Below, piece after piece: positions 18,206-28,239 of a DNA stretch of 64,000 bases; position 1 is the first letter of the stretch; every line of letters starts with the position of its first letter. The notes beneath the pieces are model-generated. The model was given only the letters and a program-made list of their open reading frames with translations, ran no database searches and was not told where the DNA came from. Source of the stretch: a bacterium (lineage in GTDB: Bacteria > UBA8248); contig OZ253442.1 of the NCBI GenBank assembly GCA_965261085.1, positions 3,392,001 through 3,456,000 on the forward strand. Reading direction: 5' to 3'. Position numbers and translations under genes: made by a program.

Positions 18206-19525
18206 CTACGCCACCTTGAAGGAAATCCGTTTATAGGCGTCGGCCCGGAAAGCGGCCTCCAGATCCCAAAGCGTGATCCACGTCAGCACCACACCTTGGC
18301 TCGCCTTCGAGTAGATATCCCGGATCACTTCGAGTGTTGGCCATACCGCTGCCACGGAATCGCCTCGCATCGCTCCGCCGTTCGGCCCGGCGGCGTGGAA
18401 AATGTTGCCCGACTGGATGTCCTGATTCGCGCCCGAGTCGGGCGGGGCGGGAACGTAGCTTGAGGCGACGCACATCATAGAGCGGCGCATGAGCGCTTCC
18501 GACGCGCTCTCATCGCTACCCGCTCCGGTGCGGTAGGTTCGGGCCGCCAACTGATACGACGCGACGCCGACCACGCTAGAGACTTCGCCCTCTCGTTGCG
18601 CGTGGACTCCATCCACGGCGCTCGCATGACTCCCGGCAAAATCCTCGAAGGTGGCAATGGCGCTTGGTGCGGTGGGAGCGGCGATTTTCTCATAGAAACC
18701 GGACGGCTCTTGCGCGTTCGTGGCCTCATCGCCGTTGAGCGCCAGGGCGCTCATCTTGCTTTTCACGGCGTCGGCCAGGTCGCGGCGAAGGGCTTGTTCG
18801 AGATCGGGAACCTGGGCGGACTGTTCATGCGTATATTCGTATCGGCCCGTAAGTCTTTTCGGCTTGAGCGTTTCCGTGTCGAACGTCGCCTCGCCCGCCG
18901 CCGCCGCCGCCATTCCTTCGGCCACGTTCGCGGGCGCGACGCCACCCGTGAGCAAAGGCCATTCCGTGCGGCCCGAAGGAACGGAATCTATCCGGACCCC
19001 GAGCGCATCCAAGATGCCCGACCCGAAAAGACGTTGCAGGATCGGACGTTGCGCGACCCCGCCCGCGTAGTCGCCGGTATCCGTGAATGCCCGGCGCTCC
19101 GCTTGCCTCGCTTCGGGCGCAGGGGAAGGGCCGGACAAAACGATCCACGGGATGCAAACGCCGCCGCTCTTGCCGACGGTCGACAACTGGAGGGCCGCGT
19201 TCAATTCCTTCGCCCGGCCCTCGATGCCGACGCCACCCGCCGCCCGGGTGAGATAGTCGCCGATTGAAACCGCGCCCATCAACTGGCGGATTTCCGTGCT
19301 CTCCCCGTCGCCTTCGTTGAAAGCGCCTTGCATCCGGGCTTCGTCTTCACCTTCGGCCACGATGGCGCTCCGGTGGCGTACTTCCAGATCGCCGTACTCG
19401 GCTTGAAGGGCGCTCGCTTCGTTCCTAATTTCTTCGGTGAAGGCGTCGCCCTCGATGCCGGATATTTCGTTCAAGCGGCCCCGCACTTCGGAGAGCCTGA
19501 TTTCGATTTTCTGTTTATTCGTCAT
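18206..19525 (-). CDS. Major capsid protein, HK97 fold, with N-terminal coiled-coil scaffold (delta) domain
   Basis: N-terminal heptad-like helix, VAEG, FDTETLKPKRLTG, DLEQALRRDLADAV..ALNGD..EPSG; strong AAGGAG RBS. Confidence 0.88.
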   Translation of the reverse strand: MTNKQKIEIRLSEVRGRLNEISGIEGDAFTEEIRNEASALQAEYGDLEVRHRSAIVAEGEDEARMQGAFNEGDGESTEIRQLMGAVSIGDYLTRAAGGVGIEGRAKELNAALQLSTVGKSGGVCIPWIVLSGPSPAPEARQAERRAFTDTGDYAGGVAQRPILQRLFGSGILDALGVRIDSVPSGRTEWPLLTGGVAPANVAEGMAAAAAGEATFDTETLKPKRLTGRYEYTHEQSAQVPDLEQALRRDLADAVKSKMSALALNGDEATNAQEPSGFYEKIAAPTAPSAIATFEDFAGSHASAVDGVHAQREGEVSSVVGVASYQLAARTYRTGAGSDESASEALMRRSMMCVASSYVPAPPDSGANQDIQSGNIFHAAGPNGGAMRGDSVAAVWPTLEVIRDIYSKASQGVVLTWITLWDLEAAFRADAYKRISFKVA

Positions 19526-19560
19526 TGTTTAATCTCCTTTCATGCCCCGCCCATCAGTGC

Positions 19561-19605
19561 ATAAGATGTACTAATATACATTATTATAAATACTAAACAA
19601 GGTGA
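19561..19605 (-). promoter_or_regulatory. AT-rich putative promoter/operator upstream of the capsid gene
   Basis: Minus strand TTGTTT-N16-TATATT plus TATAAT; ATGTA-N6-TACAT inverted repeat. Confidence 0.45.
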
Positions 19606-19612
19606 CAGAATG

Positions 19613-19906
19613 TCATGGTGTGTCGACCAGCTCGCGCACCAGCTCGCGCCACGCTTCGACGCCTGGACGCGGCGGCGGGCGATGCGAGGCGATATGACAA
19701 TCCCGGCAATAGGTCGCCGTGTTCGTCATGGCGAAAGGTTCTCCGCCATCTTCGAGCGGCTTGATATGGTGAGCTTCGAGGCGACCGGCTTTGCCGCAAA
19801 TTACGCAACGCCAGCCGTCGCGCTCGAAAACGGATTTTCGGAATGCGGCCCACCGGCGCTTACTCAGTTTCGCGTGATGACGGCTCCCCGGATGCTTTCG
19901 ACTCAT
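19613..19906 (-). CDS. HNH endonuclease (packaging-associated type)
   Basis: RDGWRCVICG..LEAHHIKP..N...YCRDCH. Confidence 0.9.
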   Translation of the reverse strand: MSRKHPGSRHHAKLSKRRWAAFRKSVFERDGWRCVICGKAGRLEAHHIKPLEDGGEPFAMTNTATYCRDCHIASHRPPPRPGVEAWRELVRELVDTP

Positions 19907-21399
19907 CCCACAATCGCCGATCGGAGCCGTCGCGGCGCTTGTGTTTTCTTTGCCCTGCGATAGCCCGCCGCAACGGCAAGGATGGCGGCGGCCGCTGCGT
20001 CATCCCTCGCCCGTTTTCGTCGGCCGCCTTGCGTGGATTTCGAGAGCTTGGCATTCCCGGCCGCGTCCATCACCACGCGGGCCTCGCTCATGGCGGCCGT
20101 CATCAAAAGCGAGCGCGAGGGCCGCACCGCGTCCGCAAGGCAAGCCTCCCGGAAAAGCCGCACGTCTTCTCCGCCGTCCTTGAATCCCTGCCCGCGCACC
20201 TCAACAGCCGTGAGGGGGAAACCGGCTTTTTCGAGCGAATCTCGCAACTCCGCCTCGCGCCACCTATCGCATACAATGAGATCGGGAAAGCCCCACCGCT
20301 CGCGCACTTCGTGAAGCAATGAGCGAATATCGGAAACGCGCCGCCCGGCGATGATCAACTCCCCCCGCTCCGCCATGCGACGATACAAACCGCCGACGCC
20401 ATCCGAAAGGCCACGCTCGCGCAAGTCGGGAAGCTCGGGAAAACACGCCACGCACTCAAGCGCCTTCGTGTCTGGCCAGTAGGCCGCCGCCGCGCTCATC
20501 GCCGCCGACGTGCCAAGGTCAAGCCCGAGCGCCCAGCGTCCCCGGCGTTCGTTTTCCGGGGCCTCGATGCGCGCCCACGTTCCCGCGTCAAGCAAGGTGC
20601 TTAGGAGCGTGTCGGGAGTGCCAAGGTTAAGCCGGTATGCTTCAAACTCCGCCAGCTTGGAAGCATCGCGCCGGGCCTCATCCGCTTCCTTGCGAATCCG
20701 GGCCTCAAGCGCCGGGAGATATTTGAGTGAGGGATTCGCCTTCGCCCACGTCCGGCGCTGAAACGGAGAATCGTCTTTTCGCGCCGCGTGGCATTGCGCA
20801 TAGTCCGCGCTTTCGAGTAATCGGGAAAACCAATGCTCGGGGGTGTCGGGTTTCGTTCCCAGCGCCACCATGCGAGAGCCGGGAATTTTCCCCATTGCAG
20901 TTCGGAGCGCCGACACCATTCTATCGCTTTTTGACGGCTCCCATTGCGCGGGTTCATCCGCCAACACAAGCGCCGGTGCCAGCCCGTGCGCTCGCGCCGG
21001 ATCGCATCCGATACAACGCACTCTAGCTCCGCTCGGGCGGTGCTCGATGGCGGCGTTTTGCGCCGTGTCCCACACCCGCCACTCGCTCTTGAGCGCCAGC
21101 CGGTCGCCGATAAACGCCCGGACGTGTTCAAAACTGATTCGCGCTTGCCCGAAGGATGACGCCGCAATAATCACGTCCGCTCTCGGCTTTCGGAGCGGGC
21201 CGTCTAGGAAGGCCGCCGCCACTCCCGAGAGTAAGGTTGTTTTCCCGTTCCCCCTCGCCACGGATAGGGCCGCGTCGCCATCCACCCCGAACGCGCCGCG
21301 AAGGAACCTGCGCTCCCACGGGAAAAGCGGGAACGGCTCCCCCACGCCCTCGCCCTGGGTAACCTGTAGGCCCTCGATGTATTTGAGAAGCGGTCGCAT
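19903..21399 (-). CDS. Terminase large subunit
   Basis: Walker A ARGNGKT, Walker B LVLADE, ANPSL, nuclease LGLDLG, QGF, DD.AAA. Confidence 0.9.
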   Translation of the reverse strand: MRPLLKYIEGLQVTQGEGVGEPFPLFPWERRFLRGAFGVDGDAALSVARGNGKTTLLSGVAAAFLDGPLRKPRADVIIAASSFGQARISFEHVRAFIGDRLALKSEWRVWDTAQNAAIEHRPSGARVRCIGCDPARAHGLAPALVLADEPAQWEPSKSDRMVSALRTAMGKIPGSRMVALGTKPDTPEHWFSRLLESADYAQCHAARKDDSPFQRRTWAKANPSLKYLPALEARIRKEADEARRDASKLAEFEAYRLNLGTPDTLLSTLLDAGTWARIEAPENERRGRWALGLDLGTSAAMSAAAAYWPDTKALECVACFPELPDLRERGLSDGVGGLYRRMAERGELIIAGRRVSDIRSLLHEVRERWGFPDLIVCDRWREAELRDSLEKAGFPLTAVEVRGQGFKDGGEDVRLFREACLADAVRPSRSLLMTAAMSEARVVMDAAGNAKLSKSTQGGRRKRARDDAAAAAILAVAAGYRRAKKTQAPRRLRSAIVG

Positions 21400-21484
21400 T
21401 CAAGACTCCCGGAGAGGCTTTTGTTTGAAGTTCGTCTCTACCCCCACGCCCCCCAAGGAATTTCGGCTACTATCGGCGGTGCCA

Positions 21485-21712
21485 TCATCGCGCCGTTCGC
21501 TCCACGTCCGCGTTCATGGCTTCCGCGAGAGCAGCGGCGAACTCGCGGCCCCTCTCGCGTCCTCGCAGTCGGTTCGTGACCCGGATGACTCCCATGCGGA
21601 CGTGCCATCGCTCCAGTTCGGCAAAGGGGAGAACCCGGCCACACCGCCCACACACAAGCGCCACGTCACCCACTTCGGGGATGCGCCAGCGGTGCGGACG
21701 GCAAGCGAGCAT
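21485..21712 (-). CDS. Small hypothetical protein with C-x-x-H..CxxC possible Zn site
   Basis: MLACRPHRW..VCGRCG; TGATG coupling with the upstream ORF. Confidence 0.55.
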   Translation of the reverse strand: MLACRPHRWRIPEVGDVALVCGRCGRVLPFAELERWHVRMGVIRVTNRLRGRERGREFAAALAEAMNADVERTAR

Positions 21713-21888
21713 CAGTCTTGCTCCGCTTCGCCCATTCGCCGCGCAAATTCCTCGTCCAATGCCGCGCACATCGCTTCGCGCTGATCCGGCTCACAATTCT
21801 CGAGGTAGAATTTGAACAAGTCCAGTCGATTTTTCGGGTCATCTGCAATGAGAATGACGGCCCCGTTGCAAAAGGAAATTTGAATCAT
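21712..21888 (-). CDS. Small hypothetical protein, 58 aa
   Basis: Hand translation MIQISFCNGAVILIADDPKNRLDLFKFYLENCEPDQREAMCAALDEEFARRMGEAEQD; GAGG RBS; below the ORF-track cutoff. Confidence 0.55.
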   Translation of the reverse strand: MIQISFCNGAVILIADDPKNRLDLFKFYLENCEPDQREAMCAALDEEFARRMGEAEQD

Positions 21889-21899
21889 TTTTTCATCCT

Positions 21900-22390
21900 C
21901 TCGAAAAATTTTGGCCCGATACCTTCAGACCCTTAAAATCCTTAAAAGATGAAGAACAATGCCCTCAATCAGGCAGGGGCCGCGCCATCCACCAAGAAGC
22001 GATCACTCGGGGAAGGCAATGTCTCGCCTGCCTCGCTGCGCTCAGTAGCGGCTCGCCTTTCAGTTCATCGCCGCCGCCCCATCGGATATCCCGGAGGCCG
22101 CGCCTGGGCGCACCTCCCCTTACGAAGGAGAGGTGCGGAGGTCATCCCGTGTGGCCGACTTTTCACGCTGCGTCATCTTCCCGGAAAGTTTCTGCGAGGG
22201 GGCGTTCGCCGTGTCCCTTTCTCAAGGGCGATTCATGGCGTCGGCCTGTCCGCTTTTCTCGACGGCTCGCTCCGCCTTCCATTGCCAGCCCGCCATGACG
22301 CTTCCCTCGGCGGTGTGCTACGCTGGTACCTCTGCACGAGAATCACCCCCGCGTGACGGAGCGTTCGAGGCACCGACACACCACGCGAGG
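21900..22390 (-). ncRNA. Candidate structured non-coding RNA or origin region in the satellite
   Basis: No convincing ORF; several nested helices including a GAGA tetraloop hairpin (see findings). Confidence 0.45.
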
Positions 22391-22427
22391 AAAAAGAAAC
22401 CCCGGCCTTGCGAGCCGGGGGTTTCTT
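22391..22427 (-). terminator. Intrinsic terminator after alpA
   Basis: AAGAAACCCCCGGC-TCGCAAG-GCCGGGGTTTCTTTTT on the minus strand. Confidence 0.8.
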
Positions 22428-22638
22428 ATGAGGCCGCTACTACCGCTTCCGGTGTTTCGCCTTGCGCGACCGGGCGGGAGTCGAGCCATTCCTCGAGATC
22501 GGAGAGTCGCCACCTCACACTGCGTGGCCCGACGCGGATCGCGGGAGGAAACCAACCCTCTTTGAGGCCGCGATAAATTTTTGAGCGTGAGACCCTGCAG
22601 AATTGCTCGACTTCGGGGCGGGTGAGTAGCGTTTCCAT
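22426..22638 (-). CDS. alpA: AlpA family regulator/excisionase
   Basis: LLTRPEV..VSRSKIYR...GWFPPAIRVGPRSVRWRLSDLEEW. Confidence 0.92.
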   Translation of the reverse strand: METLLTRPEVEQFCRVSRSKIYRGLKEGWFPPAIRVGPRSVRWRLSDLEEWLDSRPVAQGETPEAVVAAS

Positions 22639-22767
22639 TTCGTGTCCTCCTGTGCTTGGGAAGTTCTTTGTCTACACAGAAGATAGCGCCGAAGGAAATC
22701 TAAAAAGAATCCACTTAATTCATTTTTTTTGAGGAAATTTCCGGGGATTATTTGTCAAATAAGTAGA

Positions 22768-23184
22768 CTAGAGATTTTTGCGATCATCAAATATTTTTTC
22801 AAGATAGGTGCATTTCAAACCGATTTCTTTCCCTAGTTCGTTGCAAAGCGAATCCTCCCAGTTCACCTTGTCAACGATGGCTCGCTTGACTCCGTTTCGC
22901 TTCGCCTCGTCTTTGCGGCGGATCAGTTCTTCAACGATCATCCGGTTTCGGAGTTTGGTGTTTTCAATGATGATCCGAAACTCTTTGCCGCCGTGATTTA
23001 TTCGAGGCCCCGGCTTCAAAATCGGGAGGCGCTCGGTGAAAGGTAGCGTCTCTCGCTCCTTGCGACGCTTTTCTCTGTCCTTGCACTCAAACTCACGAAG
23101 CCGATTCCAATAAAACCGGGCCTCCAACCGTTCGAATCGTTCCGCAACGGAAATGAACCTCTCCAAAACATCGGTATTCCTCAT
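22768..23184 (-). CDS. Hypothetical basic protein coupled to the integrase
   Basis: ATGA overlap with integrase stop; possible C-terminal HTH. Confidence 0.6.
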   Translation of the reverse strand: MRNTDVLERFISVAERFERLEARFYWNRLREFECKDREKRRKERETLPFTERLPILKPGPRINHGGKEFRIIIENTKLRNRMIVEELIRRKDEAKRNGVKRAIVDKVNWEDSLCNELGKEIGLKCTYLEKIFDDRKNL

Positions 23185-24365
23185 CGAATCGCCACCACCT
23201 TCCCGGCCTCGCCACCTGCTACGAAACGACCCCATTGATCCATGAGCCGACGCCGCTTCTCGAAAAGATCGGAGCGCGCATAGCTTCGTTCAACATCGCT
23301 CCCGACTTGGTGCGCAAGCGCCAATTCCATGACGGCGTGCTCGGCGTTCGTTTTCTCGCTCGCCCACGTTCGGAATGACGTGCGGAATCCGTGAATAGTC
23401 GCCCGAGACGCGAGGCCCGTGTCTCTCAAAATCTTCGTCATGGTCATGTCCGAAAGCGGCTTGCCTGTCTTCATGGGCGAGGGAAAAATCACACCTTCGC
23501 CACCGGAAAGCGGGCGCGCTTGTTCGAGCACGGCGAGCACCTCATCGCTTAGTGGAACGCGATGTTCTTTTCCACCCTTCATGCGCTGGCCAGGGATGCG
23601 CCATTCTCGCGCCTCGGTGTCGATTTCTCCCCACGTCGCACCGCGCACTTCGCCCGAGCGCGCCGCGCATAAAATCAAAAACCGGATCGCCAGCTTCGCG
23701 GCCATCGACGCCCCGCTCGATTCGATGATATCGAGCGCCTGCCCGACTTCCCGATAATCCAGCGCCCGGAAGTGCGCCTTCACCTTCGCCATACGCGGGA
23801 GCGCGCCATCGATGGCCTCACCGGCGGGATTGTTCTCGATGAATCCGTGGGCCTGCGCCCACTGCATCACGGAGCGGATTTTCTGACGTAGCTTGCGAGC
23901 CGTCTCCGACTTGGTGCTCCATATCGGCGTCAAAATGCGGAGCACTGCCTCGCGGTCAATCTCATCAATGCGCATATCGCCTATGGCGGGAAAAGCATAC
24001 TTGCTCACAATCTGAATCCAGTTCTTCGCGTGTTTCTCGGCGCGCCATCGCGGCTTGTTCGCTTCGTACACCTTGTGGGCGGCTTCCCGGAATGTCGGCA
24101 TCTTCGCCCGGCGCTTCTCCGCCAGTATGTCGCGCTTCTCAATGCGAGCGGCCCGGCGGTTTTCGTGCGCCTTCTCTCTCGCTTCGGCCAAACTCACCAA
24201 AGAAAACGAGCCGAGGCCGATATCTCGGCGAACGCCGTTGATCGCCAGCCTTTGCACCCAGCTTTTCGCCCCGGATGGGGAAATGTTGAGGTAAAGCGTG
24301 TCGCCTGCGCGATAGCGGCCAGGTGTTTTGAGTGATTTCGCCCTTGCGGCGGTGAATTTTTCCAT
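23181..24365 (-). CDS. int: P4-like tyrosine integrase
   Basis: Arm-binding N-terminus (LYLNISPSGAKSW, GLGSF..VSLAEAR), ARSGEV, MK...EHRVPL, HGFR, LAH, Y. Confidence 0.95.
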   Translation of the reverse strand: MEKFTAARAKSLKTPGRYRAGDTLYLNISPSGAKSWVQRLAINGVRRDIGLGSFSLVSLAEAREKAHENRRAARIEKRDILAEKRRAKMPTFREAAHKVYEANKPRWRAEKHAKNWIQIVSKYAFPAIGDMRIDEIDREAVLRILTPIWSTKSETARKLRQKIRSVMQWAQAHGFIENNPAGEAIDGALPRMAKVKAHFRALDYREVGQALDIIESSGASMAAKLAIRFLILCAARSGEVRGATWGEIDTEAREWRIPGQRMKGGKEHRVPLSDEVLAVLEQARPLSGGEGVIFPSPMKTGKPLSDMTMTKILRDTGLASRATIHGFRTSFRTWASEKTNAEHAVMELALAHQVGSDVERSYARSDLFEKRRRLMDQWGRFVAGGEAGKVVAIR

Positions 24366-24410
24366 GCGTTTCCCTCCGTTTCCCACCTCATTTCCCACGT
24401 TCAATCAGGG

Positions 24411-24439
24411 AATCTATGAGAATCGAAAGGAATTGTCAA
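24411..24439 (-). promoter_or_regulatory. Sigma70-type promoter for the integrase
   Basis: TTGACA-N17-TAGATT on the minus strand. Confidence 0.65.
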
Positions 24440-24452
24440 GCCCCCAAAAGCA

Positions 24453-24482
24453 CCGAAACCCCTTTGTTTCAAGGGGTTTCGG
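24453..24482 (-). terminator. Element-supplied hairpin downstream of the tRNA
   Basis: CCGAAACCCCTT-TGTTTC-AAGGGGTTTCGG 12-bp inverted repeat. Confidence 0.65.
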
Positions 24483-24522
24483 GGTGTTTCGGGTATTTCT
24501 GGAAATGTATGAAATGAGTGCG

Positions 24523-24599
<77 letters not shown>

Positions 24600-24610
24600 T
24601 CAATATGTGT

Positions 24611-24639
24611 TATCTACTCCCGCATGGGCATTCTGTCAA
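24611..24639 (-). promoter_or_regulatory. Putative tRNA promoter
   Basis: TTGACA-N17-TAGATA on the minus strand just upstream of the tRNA. Confidence 0.55.
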
Positions 24640-24704
24640 GGAGAAGAGGTTTTCGAGAAACACCAGGGAGGCTCCCTTGACGTCAAGGCACCGAAAATCG
24701 TGCA

Positions 24705-25031
24705 TCATTTTTTCGAGGGAATGAACTCGTAGACGACTTCCCCTTTCTTGACGAGGCCTAAATCTTCTCTTGCAATCTTTTCGATCGCCTGCTTATCGGA
24801 GCGCAGAGAACGAATCTCCGCGCTCAATTCCTTGTTCTTCGTCTTTATTTCCTCGATCTCTATTTTGAGTTCGGACACGCGCTCTTTATTCACGATGACG
24901 GCGAGATACCCATCCTGGCCAAGCCATGCGGTTCCCAGCAACAAGAGGATGATGCCAGCAGAAATCCAGAAGAAGAGTCTAGCGGCTTTTGGCGATTGGC
25001 CCGTGCTGGATGATCGCCCTGCTTTTCGCAT
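24705..25031 (-). CDS. ftsB: Septum formation initiator FtsB/DivIC
   Basis: Single TM helix, coiled coil, IEKIAREDLGLVKKGE. Confidence 0.88.
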   Translation of the reverse strand: MRKAGRSSSTGQSPKAARLFFWISAGIILLLLGTAWLGQDGYLAVIVNKERVSELKIEIEEIKTKNKELSAEIRSLRSDKQAIEKIAREDLGLVKKGEVVYEFIPSKK

Positions 25032-25067
25032 CGCGCTCAGGCTCCGCGGCGCGCGAGCCTCATCGGA

Positions 25068-26351
25068 CTACAGCTCGGCGAACGCTTCTCGCGCGGCGGC
25101 CAGCGTGGCCTCCACGCTCTCATCCGTATGGGCGGAGGACATGAACCCCACTTCGAACTGGCTCGGGGCGAATGCCACACCCCGTTTTAGCATAGAATGA
25201 AAGAATTTTGCATACTGCGCGGTGTCCGAGCGCATGGCGTCGGAGAAATTTCGAACCGGACCTTCATGAAAAAATGCGCTGAACATCGAGCCGCAACGTG
25301 CGCCGGTGAGCAGAACGCCCGCCGCTCGCGCCGCGTCGGCCATCCCCTCAGAAAGCGCCTTCACCTTCTCGTCCAGGGCTTCGGGCAGCCCATCTTCTTC
25401 GATAATTTTGAGCGTCTCCACTCCCGCCGTCATGGCCAGGGGATTTCCGGAAAGCGTGCCCGCTTGGTAGACGGAGCCCAGGGGAGAGACGCATTCCATC
25501 ACGTCGCGCCTTCCGCCATAAGCACCCACGGGCATTCCGCCGCCAATCACTTTTCCGAGAGTCGTCAAATCGGGCTTGATTCCAAAAAGAGCCTGAGCAC
25601 CTCCTCTGGCTACCCGAAACCCCGTCATCACCTCATCAAAAATGAGCAAAGCGCCCGCCTTTTCGGTTTCTTCCCTCAAGACCTCTAAAAACCCGGGCTC
25701 GGGCAGAATGAGCCCCATGTTGCCGGCCACCGGCTCGATGATGAGGGCGGCCACGTCCGCTCCGCGCCTGGCGAAGAAATCCCTGAGCGCCTCGATATCG
25801 TTGAAAGGAAGAGTCGCCGTGTTTCGCGCGTAATCCCGTGGAACGCCTCCGCTGTCCGGTACACCCAAGGTGGCGCCCCCGCTGCCCGCCTTGACGAGAA
25901 GTCCGTCGGCGTGGCCGTGGTAGCAGCCCTCGAACTTGACGATTACGTCCCGGCCCGTGAATCCGCGCGCGAGGCGGATGGCCGACATCGTCGCCTCCGT
26001 GCCCGAGTTCACGAAACGCAACAACTCCATGGAGGGGTATACTGCGTTCACCAGTTCCGCCAATTCGGTCTCGAGGGCCGTGGGCGCGCCGAAACTCGTG
26101 CCGCGCGCCGCCGCCTTTTGAATCGCTTTCACTACACGCGGGTGGGAGTGGCCCAGAATCAACGGCCCCCAGGAGAGTACGTAGTCGATATAGGCGTTGT
26201 CGTCGGCGTCCCATATCCGGTCGCCCTCTCCTTTTTCGACGAAAAAGGGCGTTCCGCCTACGCCCCGAAACGCGCGGACGGGCGAATCCACGCCGCCTGG
26301 GATGCGGTTTTGCGCAAGCGCGAATAACTCCTCGGATTTAGGCCGGTTCAC
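25068..26351 (-). CDS. hemL: Glutamate-1-semialdehyde 2,1-aminomutase
   Basis: [40 protein letters not shown]. Confidence 0.97.
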   Translation of the reverse strand: MNRPKSEELFALAQNRIPGGVDSPVRAFRGVGGTPFFVEKGEGDRIWDADDNAYIDYVLSWGPLILGHSHPRVVKAIQKAAARGTSFGAPTALETELAELVNAVYPSMELLRFVNSGTEATMSAIRLARGFTGRDVIVKFEGCYHGHADGLLVKAGSGGATLGVPDSGGVPRDYARNTATLPFNDIEALRDFFARRGADVAALIIEPVAGNMGLILPEPGFLEVLREETEKAGALLIFDEVMTGFRVARGGAQALFGIKPDLTTLGKVIGGGMPVGAYGGRRDVMECVSPLGSVYQAGTLSGNPLAMTAGVETLKIIEEDGLPEALDEKVKALSEGMADAARAAGVLLTGARCGSMFSAFFHEGPVRNFSDAMRSDTAQYAKFFHSMLKRGVAFAPSQFEVGFMSSAHTDESVEATLAAAREAFAEL

Positions 26352-27220
26352 GATACGTATTTTCCAATCAGGTGACGGAGACGTTCTTTCGTCTCACTCG
26401 GCATGCGGGCCGGATCGGTCATGATGGCCGTCGCCAAAGAGCCGGCGAAGGGACTCTCGCCATCGATTTCGGGCGCCGCCTCCTTGATGATCTCCTGTGC
26501 GAGGACCGCGTTGCGCCTCACGAGGGCGACCACGGCCTCCACACTCACCGCCTCTTCCTCCTCATGCCAGCAGTCATAATCCGTCGCCAGCGCGATAGTG
26601 GCGTAGCTCATCTCCGCCTCGCGCGCGAGCTTGGCCTCGGGCATGTTCGTCATGCCGATGATCGAAGCGCCCCAATCGCGGTAGCGGAAACTCTCCGCCC
26701 GGCTGCTGAACTGGGGACCCTCCATGCACACGTACGTGCCGCTCCAGTGCGCCGTCGCGCCAGCCCGAACGGCTGAGCCCATCAGTATCTCGCTCAAAAC
26801 CCCGCATACCGGGTCCGCCATGGAAACATGGGCCACAATGCCATCGCCGAAAAACGTGCTCACGCGCGTCTTGGTGAGATCGATGAACTGGTCGGGAATC
26901 ACGATGTCGCCCGGATGAATGTCTTCTTTCAGACTGCCCACCGCGCTGACGGATATGAGCCACTCCACACCCAACTGCTTGAATCCATGGATGTTGGCCC
27001 GGAAAGGAATCTCGTTCGGCAGGAACACGTGCCCTCTCCCGTGCCTCGGTAAAAACGCGATTCGCTTGCCGGAGAGTGTCCCCAGAACATAGGGGGCTGA
27101 GGGCGCGCCGTAGGGCGTATCCAAGGAGCGTTCTTCCACTTCGCTCAACTCAGCCATCTCATAGAGGCCGCTGCCGCCGATGACTCCGATATTCGCTTCA
27201 GCCACTCTTGTATTCCCCAT
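26348..27220 (-). CDS. mtnP: S-methyl-5'-thioadenosine phosphorylase
   Basis: [45 protein letters not shown]. Confidence 0.93.
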   Translation of the reverse strand: MGNTRVAEANIGVIGGSGLYEMAELSEVEERSLDTPYGAPSAPYVLGTLSGKRIAFLPRHGRGHVFLPNEIPFRANIHGFKQLGVEWLISVSAVGSLKEDIHPGDIVIPDQFIDLTKTRVSTFFGDGIVAHVSMADPVCGVLSEILMGSAVRAGATAHWSGTYVCMEGPQFSSRAESFRYRDWGASIIGMTNMPEAKLAREAEMSYATIALATDYDCWHEEEEAVSVEAVVALVRRNAVLAQEIIKEAAPEIDGESPFAGSLATAIMTDPARMPSETKERLRHLIGKYVS

Positions 27221-27226
27221 CCATCG

Positions 27227-28237
27227 CTACTTCACCGGGGTGGTCCGGAGCATTCCCTTCTCTATCAGCGCCTCGGCTATCTGCACCGCATTGAGCGCAG
27301 CGCCTTTTCTCAAGTTATCCGCCACCACCCACAGGTTGAGGGTATTTTCCTGAGAATCATCCCGGCGTATGCGGCCGACATACACCGGATCCTCCCCATC
27401 CGCATCCTTAGGCATGGGGTATGAGAATGATTCCACGTCATCCACTACCTCCACACCCGGGGCGCGCGCCAGAAGCGCCCTCGCCTCCTCGGGTGAAACG
27501 GACTCTTCGAACTCCACGTTCACCGATTCTGAGTGCGCGTTAAAAACGGGCACTCGCACACAGGTTGCGCTAACGGCCAGATGAGGCGCGCCCATAATCT
27601 TTCGCGTCTCATCGACCATCTTCTTCTCTTCTTTCGTATGGCCGCCTTCCAGGAAAACGTCGATATGGGGCAGGCAGTTGAAGGCGATCTCATGGGGCAT
27701 TTTCTTGGGAGCCGCGGTGTCGCCCTTGATTTGCGCCTGCATCTCGTCAATCGCGGCCTGCCCCGCGCCGCTCACCGCCTGATAGGTGCTCACCACTATC
27801 CGCTTGATGCGCGCTGCATCGTGAAGGGGCTTGAGCGCGACCACGAGTTGAATGGTGGAGCAATTCGGATTCGCGATGACTCCCCCGTGTGAGTCCAGCG
27901 CATCCACGTTCACTTCCGGCACCACCAGGGGAACGCCCTCATCCAGGCGAAAAGCGCTGGAGTTATCCACCACCACCGCCCCCGCCTTCACGGCGGCTGG
28001 CGCAAACTCCAGAGACCTAGAAGCGCCGCAGGAGAAAAGCGCCAGGTCCACTCCAACAAATGCGTCTTCCGTGAGCCGGCTTACAGTAAGCTCCGAGTCC
28101 CGAAACGGAATTTTTCGCCCAACGCTGCGCTCGCTCGCGAGCAAAACGACTTCTTCGGCGGGAAATTTTCGCTCTTCTAGTATCCTGAGCATCTCCCGAC
28201 CCACGGCGCCCGTGGCTCCGGCGATGGCGACGCGCAT
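27227..28237 (-). CDS. asd: Aspartate-semialdehyde dehydrogenase
   Basis: GATGAVG, NPNCST, TYQAVSGAG, DNLRKGAA. Confidence 0.97.
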   Translation of the reverse strand: MRVAIAGATGAVGREMLRILEERKFPAEEVVLLASERSVGRKIPFRDSELTVSRLTEDAFVGVDLALFSCGASRSLEFAPAAVKAGAVVVDNSSAFRLDEGVPLVVPEVNVDALDSHGGVIANPNCSTIQLVVALKPLHDAARIKRIVVSTYQAVSGAGQAAIDEMQAQIKGDTAAPKKMPHEIAFNCLPHIDVFLEGGHTKEEKKMVDETRKIMGAPHLAVSATCVRVPVFNAHSESVNVEFEESVSPEEARALLARAPGVEVVDDVESFSYPMPKDADGEDPVYVGRIRRDDSQENTLNLWVVADNLRKGAALNAVQIAEALIEKGMLRTTPVK

Positions 28238-28239
28238 CA

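Noticed and set aside
21949-22576. Plus-strand ORFs in the satellite as a hidden Rep or primase
   Set aside because: Opposite to all element genes, low-complexity Arg/Pro/Ala composition, no primase, helicase or HUH motifs.
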